This document shows positions 19,725-28,849 of a stretch of DNA of 64,000 nucleotides, piece after piece. Both the position numbers and the translations under genes were made by a program. The stretch lies in assembly GCA_050246315.1 (NCBI GenBank), contig JBFWWG010000009.1, positions 96,001 through 160,000 of the forward strand, in the 5' to 3' direction. Within the stretch, counting starts at the first letter, position 1; every line of letters starts with the position of its first letter. The notes below the pieces were generated by a model, which searched no databases, was not told the DNA's origin, and saw only the letters and a list, made by a program, of their open reading frames with translations. This DNA is from Nitrospiraceae bacterium (lineage in GTDB: Bacteria > Nitrospirota > Nitrospiria > Nitrospirales > Nitrospiraceae).

Positions 19725-21404
19725 TTACTGGCGCAGGTTGGCCCAGGCCTTCTGATACTCCTCGAAGGAATCGACCTCCATCCAGCCTTTGAAGATCGGG
19801 ACGGCCTGGACGCTGTGGCCTGCATCGATGAGGTCCTGAACCATGTCGGTGAAGGAAGCTTTGGCCAGACTCGGCGCTTCGTGGAACGGCCGGTCGGCGC
19901 GGGAGGACAAGGCGTTGCGGTAGAGGCCGGTCATCGCCTGGATGCCCTGTTCGGAAAACATCGCGAGGCCGATGAACTCCGCATGAGCCTGGTCGTGCGG
20001 CACGTGCTGCCCGATCTTGACGATCCGGTGGTCTTCTTCCGGCATCACGAACCGTGACAGGTAGCCGCGGCCCGGCGCCTGCTCGAAGGTCACGAGGTCC
20101 GGATTGATGTGTGGCGCTCTGGCCCCCTGCTGTTGGTGATCGTACCAGGCCAAGTCCACCACCAGCGAAATGTCCGCGGGGCTCTTCAGCAATTTTTCCA
20201 GGATCGCCAGGTCGAAGATGATGTCTCCGTAGAGCACGATGGTCCGCCCGCGCATTTCGTGCTCGGCGCAGAAGAGCGAGAAGAGCTCGCCTGTCTCTTC
20301 GTATCGGTCGTTATCGTAGTAGCGGACGTTCGGAAGCGTGATCGCCTCTTTTTTATAGCCCCGAATCAGGGCGATTTCCTTGATGTCGCAATCGTTCAAG
20401 GCCGCGATCTGGCGCTCCAGGATCGTCTTGCCCTTGATGTCCAGCAGGCATTTGGGCCGGTCTTCGATCAGCGGCAGCAGTTGCTTCTCGAATCCGGCGG
20501 CGGCAATGATGGCGGTGATCTTCTCGCTGCCCACCGGGAGGAATTTCTTTTCGTCCTGCTCCATTTGCGGGACGCCGACGATCTCGTAGACTTCCTTCAG
20601 CTTGACGATCCGGTCGTTGACCGAACCGGGTCTGGTATCCTGCTTGATTACGTCGAGCGCGTCGCGCATGGCCCTGATGCTGGCCCGCACCATCTGATTC
20701 GCGTAAATCACGATTTTGAACCCCGCCTCTTCCAGTTCCGCCGCCGTGACGCCGTCGAAAATCGTCGGGACTACGACGAGCGGGACCTGTCCCGACCAGC
20801 GTGCGGCTACGGTTCGGAGTTCGTCGAATGTCGGGGACTTGGAGTGGATCAGCACGGCGTCGGCGCCGGCGTCGGCGTAGGCTTGCGCCCGCTTTAGGGC
20901 CTCGTCCTGCCCCCAGCCCGCGATGAGCGCTTCCGTTCTGGCGATGACCATGAATTCGGGAATGGTCTGCGCGGCCTTGGCAGCCTGAATCTTTCCGCAA
21001 TGTTCCTCAACCGGGATAAGTTCTCGACGGACCCCTGCATAGAAACTACAGCGCTTGGGGTAGACGTTGTCTTCGATGCAGATGGCCGCCACGCCCGCGC
21101 GTTCCCGGTCGTTCACCGTGCGCATGACGTTCAGCGCGTTGCCGTAGCCGGTATCGCAGTCGGCAATGATCGGAATCGACACGGCCTCGGCGATGTTGCG
21201 CTCCACCTCAAGCTGTTCGCTCGAGGTGATGAAGCTGGCGTCGGGAATGCATTTCAAGGAGGCGGAGATCGCAAAGCCGCTGGCCCAGATGGCGTCGAAG
21301 CCCGCGCGTTCGATCAGCTTGGCGCTCAACGCGTCCTGGGCGCCGACGGCCTTGATGATGCCCGGTTGCTTGAGTAGGGTACGGAGTTTGACCGCGGGAT
21401 GCAT
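19725..21404 (-). CDS. PEP mutase-like (ICL/PEPM family) protein fused to a C-terminal cytidylyltransferase-like domain
   Basis: WASGF, DCDTGYGN, IEDNVYPKRCSF, IARTEALIAG, LIHSK; C-terminal AAAG...RPKCLLDIKGKTIL, YGDIIFD, WMEVDS. Confidence 0.85.
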   Translation of the reverse strand: MHPAVKLRTLLKQPGIIKAVGAQDALSAKLIERAGFDAIWASGFAISASLKCIPDASFITSSEQLEVERNIAEAVSIPIIADCDTGYGNALNVMRTVNDRERAGVAAICIEDNVYPKRCSFYAGVRRELIPVEEHCGKIQAAKAAQTIPEFMVIARTEALIAGWGQDEALKRAQAYADAGADAVLIHSKSPTFDELRTVAARWSGQVPLVVVPTIFDGVTAAELEEAGFKIVIYANQMVRASIRAMRDALDVIKQDTRPGSVNDRIVKLKEVYEIVGVPQMEQDEKKFLPVGSEKITAIIAAAGFEKQLLPLIEDRPKCLLDIKGKTILERQIAALNDCDIKEIALIRGYKKEAITLPNVRYYDNDRYEETGELFSLFCAEHEMRGRTIVLYGDIIFDLAILEKLLKSPADISLVVDLAWYDHQQQGARAPHINPDLVTFEQAPGRGYLSRFVMPEEDHRIVKIGQHVPHDQAHAEFIGLAMFSEQGIQAMTGLYRNALSSRADRPFHEAPSLAKASFTDMVQDLIDAGHSVQAVPIFKGWMEVDSFEEYQKAWANLRQ

Positions 21405-21412
21405 GGGCCCGC

Positions 21413-21441
21413 ACTATGGGCAAACGACGAAGCGTTGTCAA
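21413..21441 (-). promoter_or_regulatory. Sigma70-type promoter of the PEP mutase-like gene
   Basis: TTGACA-17 nt-CATAGT, 8 nt before the ATG. Confidence 0.65.
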
Positions 21442-21474
21442 TATCCGTGAGGCGCCACGTGGTATTCGAGGACA

Positions 21475-22032
21475 TCAATTGCGGGGCGTGGCGTCGCTCC
21501 TCGGGTAGAACCGCTGAGCCAAACTCTGGCTCTCGTAAAAGATAATACCCTGCTGGGTCTGCGGGTTGAAGGTCAGCATGATGTCGGTCTCGGGTCCCTT
21601 CCAGTTGAACGTCTGGATCGAGATGTTTGCGATCTGACCGGGTGTCCGGTCCAGGAGGCCGAACCTTGATTCAAGGTAGGCGACGATGCTCTTGTGGGCC
21701 TCCAGGCTCTGGTACCGTATGGTCACACGGGAAAACTTCCCGTCGATGGCGACGAATTTCATCGACTCGACCGGATGTCCGCCGAACGAAGGCGGACCGG
21801 ATTCCCGCTCATAGGTGACGATCCGGGGCGAGCGATCAACGACATGAAGATCGTCGGATTCCTTCAACTCGGCCCCCCAAGGAATGCCCTCGAAATCGCG
21901 CGGATCGTTGGTCATGGTCACCGCCTGCGCGGCCAGGAACGACCAGAGCGAGGCGACCAGCGCCAGACCCAGGCCCGCGCGCCACCGTCGCCTCGGACGC
22001 TGCGTAGGATGTACGTGGTTCGGGAGTGCCAC
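21475..22032 (-). CDS. Secreted hypothetical protein (paralog of neighbour)
   Basis: Signal peptide then MTNDPRDFEGIPWG...FNWKGPETDI. Confidence 0.75.
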   Translation of the reverse strand: MALPNHVHPTQRPRRRWRAGLGLALVASLWSFLAAQAVTMTNDPRDFEGIPWGAELKESDDLHVVDRSPRIVTYERESGPPSFGGHPVESMKFVAIDGKFSRVTIRYQSLEAHKSIVAYLESRFGLLDRTPGQIANISIQTFNWKGPETDIMLTFNPQTQQGIIFYESQSLAQRFYPRSDATPRN

Positions 22033-22053
22033 GGTGCTCCTTGGACGAGTGGC

Positions 22054-22587
22054 CTACTCGCCCGAATCGGTCAACGCATCGTTGAATCGAGGAGACAACA
22101 CGCGGCTTTCGATAAAGACGAACCCGCGTCCGCTCTGCGCTTGGAAGGTGACGTTGATCTCCGTTTCCGGTCCTCTCCAATTAAACTGTTGGTTGAGCCC
22201 GCGGACCATCTGTCCCGGAGTCTTGTCGAGGGCGCCGTATTGCTCCTCCAGGTACGCCATCACCTGCTGATGGGCGTCATTCCCGCGGTAGCGGATCGTC
22301 ACGCGCGCAAAACGATCTTGCCAGGCGGTGAAGGTGACGCTCTCCACAGGAATGGTTCCCAGCAATGGAGGGCCGTTCTTGCACTGATAGTCGGCCACGT
22401 CCTTGCTCGAATAGGTCTGCTGCACATCCGACCGGCCGGCCAGCGCATCGCCCCAACGGATGCCGAGAAAGCTGCCGGGGTCGTTGGTCATCTCCGCAGC
22501 CCCAGCCGGGACGACGAGGAGGACGAGCCAGGCGAGTCCCAAGAGAACCGAGATGCGCTGAGCCCCTGTGTGTGAGGCCTGTAGCAT
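22054..22587 (-). CDS. Secreted hypothetical protein (paralog of neighbour)
   Basis: Signal peptide then MTNDPGSFLGIRWG...FNWRGPETEI; start uncertain. Confidence 0.75.
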   Translation of the reverse strand: MLQASHTGAQRISVLLGLAWLVLLVVPAGAAEMTNDPGSFLGIRWGDALAGRSDVQQTYSSKDVADYQCKNGPPLLGTIPVESVTFTAWQDRFARVTIRYRGNDAHQQVMAYLEEQYGALDKTPGQMVRGLNQQFNWRGPETEINVTFQAQSGRGFVFIESRVLSPRFNDALTDSGE

Positions 22588-22721
22588 GGCGAACGCTAGC
22601 ACGGTCGGCCCGATCCGCGCAACGGACCGACGGGTGTGGAGGAGCACGGCGTAGGCATGACGATTGAGAATCGTCAAAGGGCTTGGCTATAATCCGTTTT
22701 CTTTATCGATGGCGAGGGGAC

Positions 22722-23237
22722 ATGACCGACGGCAACCAAATGATCGAGAGCGATGTCTTCGTCCAGGCGCTCCAAGAGATCGGAATCGAATTTTTTACCG
22801 GTGTGCCGGACTCTATTCTCGGCGGAATCATCGAAACCCTGATGGAGCGGCGCTTGTATGTGCCGGCCACGCGTGAGGATGAAGCGCTGGCCATGGCGGC
22901 CGGGGCTTATATGGCGGGGAAGGTCCCGGCCGTCTTGATGCAGAACTCAGGGCTGGGGACCTCGCTGAACACGCTGATCTCGTTGAATCTGATCTATCAG
23001 CAGCCCTGCGTGTTGATCGTGTCATGGCGCGGCTTTCAGGGGAAGGATGCGCCGGAGCATCTGGTGATGGGGCAAACCATGCCGCAGCTCCTGGATTTGA
23101 TGAAGATACCCCACCGGACGCTGTCCGCCGGCACATTTGCCGACGACCTGCGTTGGACGGCCGAAACCTTCATGAAGCAGCAGATCCCCCTGGCCCTGAT
23201 CATCAAGAAGGGCGTCATCAAGAGTTTGCATCCGTGA
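22722..23237 (+). CDS. Phosphonopyruvate/sulfopyruvate decarboxylase, alpha subunit (ThDP Pyr domain)
   Basis: FFTGVPDS, REDEALAMAAG, LMQNSGLG, SWRG...DAPEH; GAGGGG RBS; TATAAT at 22688. Confidence 0.88.
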   Translation: MTDGNQMIESDVFVQALQEIGIEFFTGVPDSILGGIIETLMERRLYVPATREDEALAMAAGAYMAGKVPAVLMQNSGLGTSLNTLISLNLIYQQPCVLIVSWRGFQGKDAPEHLVMGQTMPQLLDLMKIPHRTLSAGTFADDLRWTAETFMKQQIPLALIIKKGVIKSLHP

Positions 23238-23264
23238 GTGGGATCACAGAATGAGAGACCACCT

Positions 23265-23849
23265 ATGACACTCAGACCGGAACAAGGGGCCATGCAGAGC
23301 CGCGCGCGAGCCATGGAAGCCTTGCTAGAACTGCTGACCGATCAACCGGTCATTATCTGCAACGGATTTCCCTCCCGCGAGGCCTTCACGATCGCAGACC
23401 GGCCCACACACTTCTACATGATCGGGTCCATGGGCGTTGCCGCCGCCATCGGGTTGGGTGTGGCCCTCGCGAAGCCCCAGAAAAAGGTCGTCGTGTTCGA
23501 CGGCGACGGCAACGTTCTGATGGGAATGGGCACACTCGCGACGGTCGGCGCGACCAGACCGAAAAATCTTGTCCATGTCGTGTTCGACAACGAAGTCTAC
23601 GGCAGTACGGGCAATCAGCCGACTTATTCTCGGCTGGTCCGGCTGGATCTCGTGGCCAAGGCCGCGGGCTATGTCCATGTCGAGCGGGTAATCGAACGCG
23701 AGGACTTGGTGTATGAGTTCAAGGAGATGCTCGGTAAAGACGGGCCGAGCTTCCTGCTCGTGAAGGTCAACGAATGGGTGGAGGACGTCGGACGGGTTCT
23801 GCACGATCCTCCCGAGATCACGCAACGGTTCAAGAAGGCGATCGCATGA
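23265..23849 (+). CDS. Phosphonopyruvate/sulfopyruvate decarboxylase, beta subunit (ThDP-binding)
   Basis: GFPSRE, FYMIGSMG, DGDG...FDNEVYGSTGNQPT. Confidence 0.88.
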   Translation: MTLRPEQGAMQSRARAMEALLELLTDQPVIICNGFPSREAFTIADRPTHFYMIGSMGVAAAIGLGVALAKPQKKVVVFDGDGNVLMGMGTLATVGATRPKNLVHVVFDNEVYGSTGNQPTYSRLVRLDLVAKAAGYVHVERVIEREDLVYEFKEMLGKDGPSFLLVKVNEWVEDVGRVLHDPPEITQRFKKAIA

Positions 23850-23950
23850 CGTCAATCGTCAAGCGTCATTCGTCAACAGTAAGGCGAGATCATTATGGTG
23901 CTGATTCCAGCGGTCACCCTCGATTGACGAGTGACCAATGACGATTGACG
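23850..23950 (+). repeat. Inverted pair of 4x heptamer arrays (CGTCAAT / ATTGACG) forming a hairpin
   Basis: CGTCAAT-CGTCAAG-CGTCATT-CGTCAAC at 23850-23877; ATTGACG-AGTGACC-AATGACG-ATTGACG at 23923-23950. Confidence 0.88.
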
Positions 23951-23960
23951 GAGGTTTCCT

Positions 23961-25055
23961 GTGATCCTACTGAATCCCGGTCCAGTCAACGTGTCCGAAC
24001 GAGTCCGGCAGGCCCTGCATCGGCCGGATCTGTGCCACCGCGAGCGCGAGTTCACCGACCTGTTGCATCGTATCCAGGACAAGCTACTGAAGGCATTTGT
24101 GCCGGGCGCGGAGCACGACTACACCGCAGCCATCATCACGGGGTCCGGAACCTCGGCGGTGGAGGCCGCGATCGGATCGGCTCTCCCGCAAGGCAAGCGT
24201 TCTATGGTGATCAATAACGGCGTGTACGGCGACCGCATGTCGCAGATGACGCTGACCCACCGGATGGGTGTCCCGGACTTGAAGCTTGATTGGGGAAAGC
24301 GCCCCGACCCGGAGGTTGTGAGACTCGCCCTGCGGCAGCATCAAGAAGTCCACCTGGTGGCGATGGTACACCACGAGACGACGCTGGGACTGGTCAACCC
24401 GGCGAAGGAGATCGCCGACGTGGTTGACAGTCAGAACCGCGTGTTCATGCTCGATGCCGTCAGCAGCTTGGCCGGTGACCCATTGGATATCGCCGGCTCC
24501 CACATCTATCTGGTGGCCGGCACTTCGGGAAAATGCATCCAAGGGTTCCCGGGCGTCTCGTTCGTCCTCATCCGGCGCGGATTCTTGCAGCGCATGCGGA
24601 GCTACCCTCGGAAATCCTGGTACCTGCACCTGCCCCACTATCTGGACGATGAAGGTCGGCCGACGGTGCCCTTCACCCCCGCGGTGCAGGTCTATTATGC
24701 GTTCGACGAGGCCCTGTCCGAGCTGTTGGAGGAAGGGGTGCCGAAGCGGATCGAGCGGTATAAGCGTGCCGCGAAGCTGATTCGAGACCGGATGAAGACG
24801 CTCGGTCTCAAACCGGTGGTGCCGCCGGAGTTTCAGTCAAACACGCTGACCGCCTACCACCTGCCGGAGGGCCTGAGCTACGATCTGTTACATGACCGCC
24901 TCAAAGAGCGGGGCTACGTGATCTATGCCGGTCAAGGCCAGCTCGAGTCCAAGATTTTCCGCGTGGCCAACATGGGGGTCTTGTCGGCACAAGACCTGGA
25001 AGGGTTTCTGGCCGCCTTTCAGGAGGTGCTGGAACAGGCAGCGGTGTCTCGTTGA
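23961..25055 (+). CDS. Class V aminotransferase, 2-aminoethylphosphonate transaminase-like
   Basis: LLNPGP, DLCHRE, GSGTSAVEA, NNGVYG, VHHETT, DAVSS, SGKCIQGFPG (PLP Lys), PFTP, GYVIYAG. Confidence 0.87.
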   Translation: MILLNPGPVNVSERVRQALHRPDLCHREREFTDLLHRIQDKLLKAFVPGAEHDYTAAIITGSGTSAVEAAIGSALPQGKRSMVINNGVYGDRMSQMTLTHRMGVPDLKLDWGKRPDPEVVRLALRQHQEVHLVAMVHHETTLGLVNPAKEIADVVDSQNRVFMLDAVSSLAGDPLDIAGSHIYLVAGTSGKCIQGFPGVSFVLIRRGFLQRMRSYPRKSWYLHLPHYLDDEGRPTVPFTPAVQVYYAFDEALSELLEEGVPKRIERYKRAAKLIRDRMKTLGLKPVVPPEFQSNTLTAYHLPEGLSYDLLHDRLKERGYVIYAGQGQLESKIFRVANMGVLSAQDLEGFLAAFQEVLEQAAVSR

Positions 25056-25774
25056 AGGCCGTCATCCTCGCCGCCGGTATCGGCAAGCGGCTCTGGGACA
25101 TTACGCAGCACCGACCCAAATGTTTGATCGAGTTCGCCGGCAAGAGCCTTCTCGTTCGCCATCTGGAACACCTGGCCTCCCAGGGTGTGCAGCGGGCCAC
25201 CGTGGTCGTCGGCTACAAGCAGGAGATGATTCGGAACGCCATTGGAACAGTTCATGCGGGAGTGGATCTGACGTATCTCGTCAATGACCAGTATCACCGC
25301 GGGAGCATCTCCTCGCTGTGGTTGGCGCGAACGGAGTTCGACGACGATGCGATCGTGATGGATGCCGACGTGTTGTACCATCGAGATATCATGAAGCGGC
25401 TGATCCACTCGCCCTATGCGAACTGTTTGTTAATGGACGAGACGGTCGTCCAGCAGGGCGAAGAGTGCATGGTGGTCGTGCGGGGAGGGCGGGTGATTGC
25501 GCTCACGAAGCGGGTCCCTTCCGTGTATGATTATGCGGGGGAAGGCGTCGGTTTTCTCAAGGTTGGCCGCCAGGACGCGGAGCACCTGGTCGGCTCGCTG
25601 CGGGCGCACATCGATCGAGGTGCCTGGGAGATGGAATATGAAGACGGGCTGCTCGAATTTTTTGACCGGGTCCGCGTGGGCCACGAAAAAATCGGTGGGC
25701 TGCCCTGGACCGAGATCGACTTCCCGGAGGACGTGACCCGTGCGGAACGGGAAATCCTGCCGAAGCTGGACTAA
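25052..25774 (+). CDS. Phosphocholine/phosphonate cytidylyltransferase family (LicC/PntC-like)
   Basis: KAVILAAGIGKRL, RPKCL, MDADV, WTEIDFPED. Confidence 0.88.
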   Translation: MKAVILAAGIGKRLWDITQHRPKCLIEFAGKSLLVRHLEHLASQGVQRATVVVGYKQEMIRNAIGTVHAGVDLTYLVNDQYHRGSISSLWLARTEFDDDAIVMDADVLYHRDIMKRLIHSPYANCLLMDETVVQQGEECMVVVRGGRVIALTKRVPSVYDYAGEGVGFLKVGRQDAEHLVGSLRAHIDRGAWEMEYEDGLLEFFDRVRVGHEKIGGLPWTEIDFPEDVTRAEREILPKLD

Positions 25775-25828
25775 GCCACTCGGTCGCGTTAGAGTGCCGA
25801 AAGACAGGCCGACCCTGGATACGGAACG

Positions 25829-27328
25829 ATGAGTCAGAGTGCGCTGCAACGCTTTGCCCAGACCCGAGAACTGACCTCCGCGATTGTGGTGACGGCGCGC
25901 AACGTCTTCACCTCCACGCCCGTCTCAGTCCACACCGGCATCAGCCCGCTCACCCGAATCGCCGGCGTGACGATCTTTCAGCGCGGCATCCTGACCCTGC
26001 AGCGGGCCGGCGTGAACCAGATTTTTGTGTTGGCGGGTGACGAAGCGGAAACGCTCAAAGCGGTCGTACGCGACGGGCCGCCGATCACGGCGGGCATCCG
26101 GTGGATTCCGGTCCGGGAGTTCCCGCTCGACGACCCCCGGACATGGGAAACACTGGCGGCCGACGCCAAAGGCGCCTGCCTCGTGATTGGGCCGCAGGCC
26201 GCTTTTTCGCGAAACCTGATCGAAACGTTGCGTGGCAAGGGGCCGATCGAGGACCTCCTGCTCGTGTTGCAGCCCGACGAGCGCCATCGGACCGCGCCTG
26301 GTCGTTCCGATCGTGCCGATCGCGTGTTGCCGACGAAACGGGATCGTCTGGCTCGATTGGCTGCCATCGGGTTGGGCGGAGAACGAGAGATGCGCGAAGC
26401 CCGTTCCGGACGCGTCGCGGCCGAGGTACTCGTTCTGCCCGCCGGTCTACTTTCAAACGGACATTCTTTCGTCGATGCCCTGCTTGCTCAATCAGGGGAG
26501 GAACACCGAGGGGATGGCGAGCCGCTCCTGTCCCGACTCGTCGGGTTGGCAGCGGCAGAACGACGCATTCAGGTTGTTGAAGCGGCGCGGGATGCCAACC
26601 TCTGGGCGAGGGACATTCACGACGAACGGGACGCGTCGGCGGTCGAGCGGGATCTCTATCGCTCCTTTAAGAACCATTCCGAAGGGTTCATCGATCGGTA
26701 TTTTAATCGGAAGCTTTCTCCATTCTTCACCAAGCTCTTCTTAAAGCTGAAACTGAGCCCCAACGCGGTCACGGTACTGGCCACCCTGATCGGGCTGGCC
26801 GGCGCGGCTTCCTTCGGGATGGGGACATACGAGGCCGGTCTGCTGGGAGCCCTCCTGTTTCAATTGGCCGCGGTGATCGACTGTTGCGACGGCGAGGTGG
26901 CGAGGCTGACGTTCACAGAGTCCCCGTTGGGAGCCAAGCTCGATCTCGCTCTCGACAACGTGGTGCACATGGCGGTATTTGCCGGCATCGCCTACGGCGC
27001 CTATGAGACGCAGGATGCGAGCGGGGAGGCGTGGCTGTACCTGGCACTTGGCGCGGTGGCGGTCGTCTCCAATGCCCTGGCCTTCTGGCTGGTCACAAGG
27101 CTGACTGCGAAGCCGAGCGGGGCCATCCCGGGCTCAACCGCGCGGGCCAGATGGAAGGATTTTATTCTCAAGAACATCGCGACACGTGATTTTTCCATGA
27201 TCGTGCTGCTCTTCGCCGTGATCGGTCGTCTGGATTGGTTCCTGCTCTTGGCGGTCATCGGATCGGCCTTCTTCGGTCTGGTGCTGACCTGGCTGGTTTT
27301 CTCGACCCGCTCCGCTCGTGCTTCTTAA
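25829..27328 (+). CDS. CDP-alcohol phosphatidyltransferase with degenerate N-terminal NTP-transferase-like domain
   Basis: SPNAVT, DCCDGEVAR...GAKLDLALD signature; C-terminal TM helices. Confidence 0.88.
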   Translation: MSQSALQRFAQTRELTSAIVVTARNVFTSTPVSVHTGISPLTRIAGVTIFQRGILTLQRAGVNQIFVLAGDEAETLKAVVRDGPPITAGIRWIPVREFPLDDPRTWETLAADAKGACLVIGPQAAFSRNLIETLRGKGPIEDLLLVLQPDERHRTAPGRSDRADRVLPTKRDRLARLAAIGLGGEREMREARSGRVAAEVLVLPAGLLSNGHSFVDALLAQSGEEHRGDGEPLLSRLVGLAAAERRIQVVEAARDANLWARDIHDERDASAVERDLYRSFKNHSEGFIDRYFNRKLSPFFTKLFLKLKLSPNAVTVLATLIGLAGAASFGMGTYEAGLLGALLFQLAAVIDCCDGEVARLTFTESPLGAKLDLALDNVVHMAVFAGIAYGAYETQDASGEAWLYLALGAVAVVSNALAFWLVTRLTAKPSGAIPGSTARARWKDFILKNIATRDFSMIVLLFAVIGRLDWFLLLAVIGSAFFGLVLTWLVFSTRSARAS

Positions 27329-28322
27329 AATTACCCTCCTCGCCGTCGGGACCCTCACCCTGACGGCCCTCGTGTGGCACATTGGGCCGACCCGCATCCT
27401 GGATGCCGCCGGGCAAGTCGGGCCGCTCGGCCTGCTACTGGTGTTACTCCCGTCGCTGGTCATGTACCTGCTCGAAGCCTACGGTTGGAAATTGACCATG
27501 GGGCCCTATGCCGGGGCCGTTTCCTTTCCGCACCTGTTGGCCATCCGGACGGCCGGTGAAGTCGTCAACATGACCACGCCGACCGCCTATGTAGGCGGCG
27601 AGCCGCTCAAAGCCTATCTGCTCAAACGTGCAGAGGTCCCGTTCGTCGACGGATTGGCCTCGGTCGTGCTGGCGAAGACCCTGATGACGATCGCGCAGGT
27701 ACTGTTCATCCTGTTAGGGCTGGTGATCGCGTTCTGGCTGCTCGGATCGGAAGGGTCCTCCGGGCAGATGGTGATGGCCTCCATCGTCAGTGTCGGCATC
27801 TTGGCGTTCGGCGTCGCCGGCTTCATCGCAGTGCAGCGATGGGGCCTATTCACCGGTGCGCTTGGGCTGTTGCGGAGAGTCAATCTCCGAGTGGCCTACC
27901 TCGAAGCTCGGGAAAGCAAGCTGCGCGAACTGGACCGGACGATCCTGAATTTCTACGCCAAGGATCGGCGGAATTTTCTCTGCTCCACGGGATTGTATTT
28001 CGGCGGCTGGCTCGCTGAGGCCGTGGAAGTCTACGTGATGCTGGCCTGCCTCGGCCTTCCCGTGACGGCTCTCGCGGCGCTCGCCATCGGATCGCTGTCG
28101 GCCTTCATCAAGGGCGGGACCTTCTTCATTCCCGGGAGCTTGGGCGCACAGGATGGAGGCAATCTCCTCCTGGTCACGGCGTTCGGCTACAGCGACGTGG
28201 CCGGCATCACCTTCGCTCTGCTGCGACGCTTCCGCGAGATCGTCTGGATCGGCATCGGTCTGGTATGCCTGGCCCTGTTGGATGGGCGGACGGTGGCAAG
28301 TCGAGGCGATCAATCAGGCTGA
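27318..28322 (+). CDS. Flippase-like protein (lysylphosphatidylglycerol synthase TM / UPF0104)
   Basis: Multi-TM; NMTTPTAYVGGEPLKAYLL, IPGSLGAQDGG, LLRRFRE. Confidence 0.85.
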   Translation: MLLKITLLAVGTLTLTALVWHIGPTRILDAAGQVGPLGLLLVLLPSLVMYLLEAYGWKLTMGPYAGAVSFPHLLAIRTAGEVVNMTTPTAYVGGEPLKAYLLKRAEVPFVDGLASVVLAKTLMTIAQVLFILLGLVIAFWLLGSEGSSGQMVMASIVSVGILAFGVAGFIAVQRWGLFTGALGLLRRVNLRVAYLEARESKLRELDRTILNFYAKDRRNFLCSTGLYFGGWLAEAVEVYVMLACLGLPVTALAALAIGSLSAFIKGGTFFIPGSLGAQDGGNLLLVTAFGYSDVAGITFALLRRFREIVWIGIGLVCLALLDGRTVASRGDQSG

Positions 28323-28419
28323 CGTTCTGGCTGCGAACTACGCCAGCCGGTGTTTCGAAAGGGCTCTGGTGGGATCGACTTTCCTTGCCGGCACGGTGCT
28401 CGCGTTCCAAGACGGCGTG

Positions 28420-28743
28420 CAATGGAGCCAGCGCATTGCGAAGAAGACCGCTGAGATCACGGAGGGGAAAGGGATCACGGTCCCGGACGTTGATGCAGCC
28501 GACGCCGGATGGAATGTTCGGATTAAACGCGACGATCCGAACCGACGAGCAGGTATGAACCGAGAGGTAGTGCTTCTTGTTGGCCCGGGAGAAAAACCGC
28601 TCGCCGACGTGATAGGTCGGCATCCTGTGGCCGAAATCATAACGAGTCTTCGGAAAGAGTTTCATGACCAACTGATGCACCGGTTGGCATCTTGCCTTGT
28701 GCCGCTCCGGTAGTGACGTTAGGTGCTGCTGAATCGTGTTCGC
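28420..28743 (-). pseudogene. Degenerate DUF1801 (YdhG-like) gene
   Basis: The frame reads ANTIQQHLTSLPERHKAR...KLFPKTRYDFGHRMPTYHVG...NKKHYLS...GVGCINVRDRDPFPL, with no start codon at the expected site and the stop only at 28207 inside the opposing gene. Confidence 0.55.
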
Positions 28744-28849
28744 GATCCTCGTCGTTCCGACCTTCCGAACAGTTCCTGCGAATTGTCATAACGAATCACC
28801 GCGCTGGAGGCTCGATCGTGCACCCTCGCGCGGGGGCCGTCGCGCAAGA

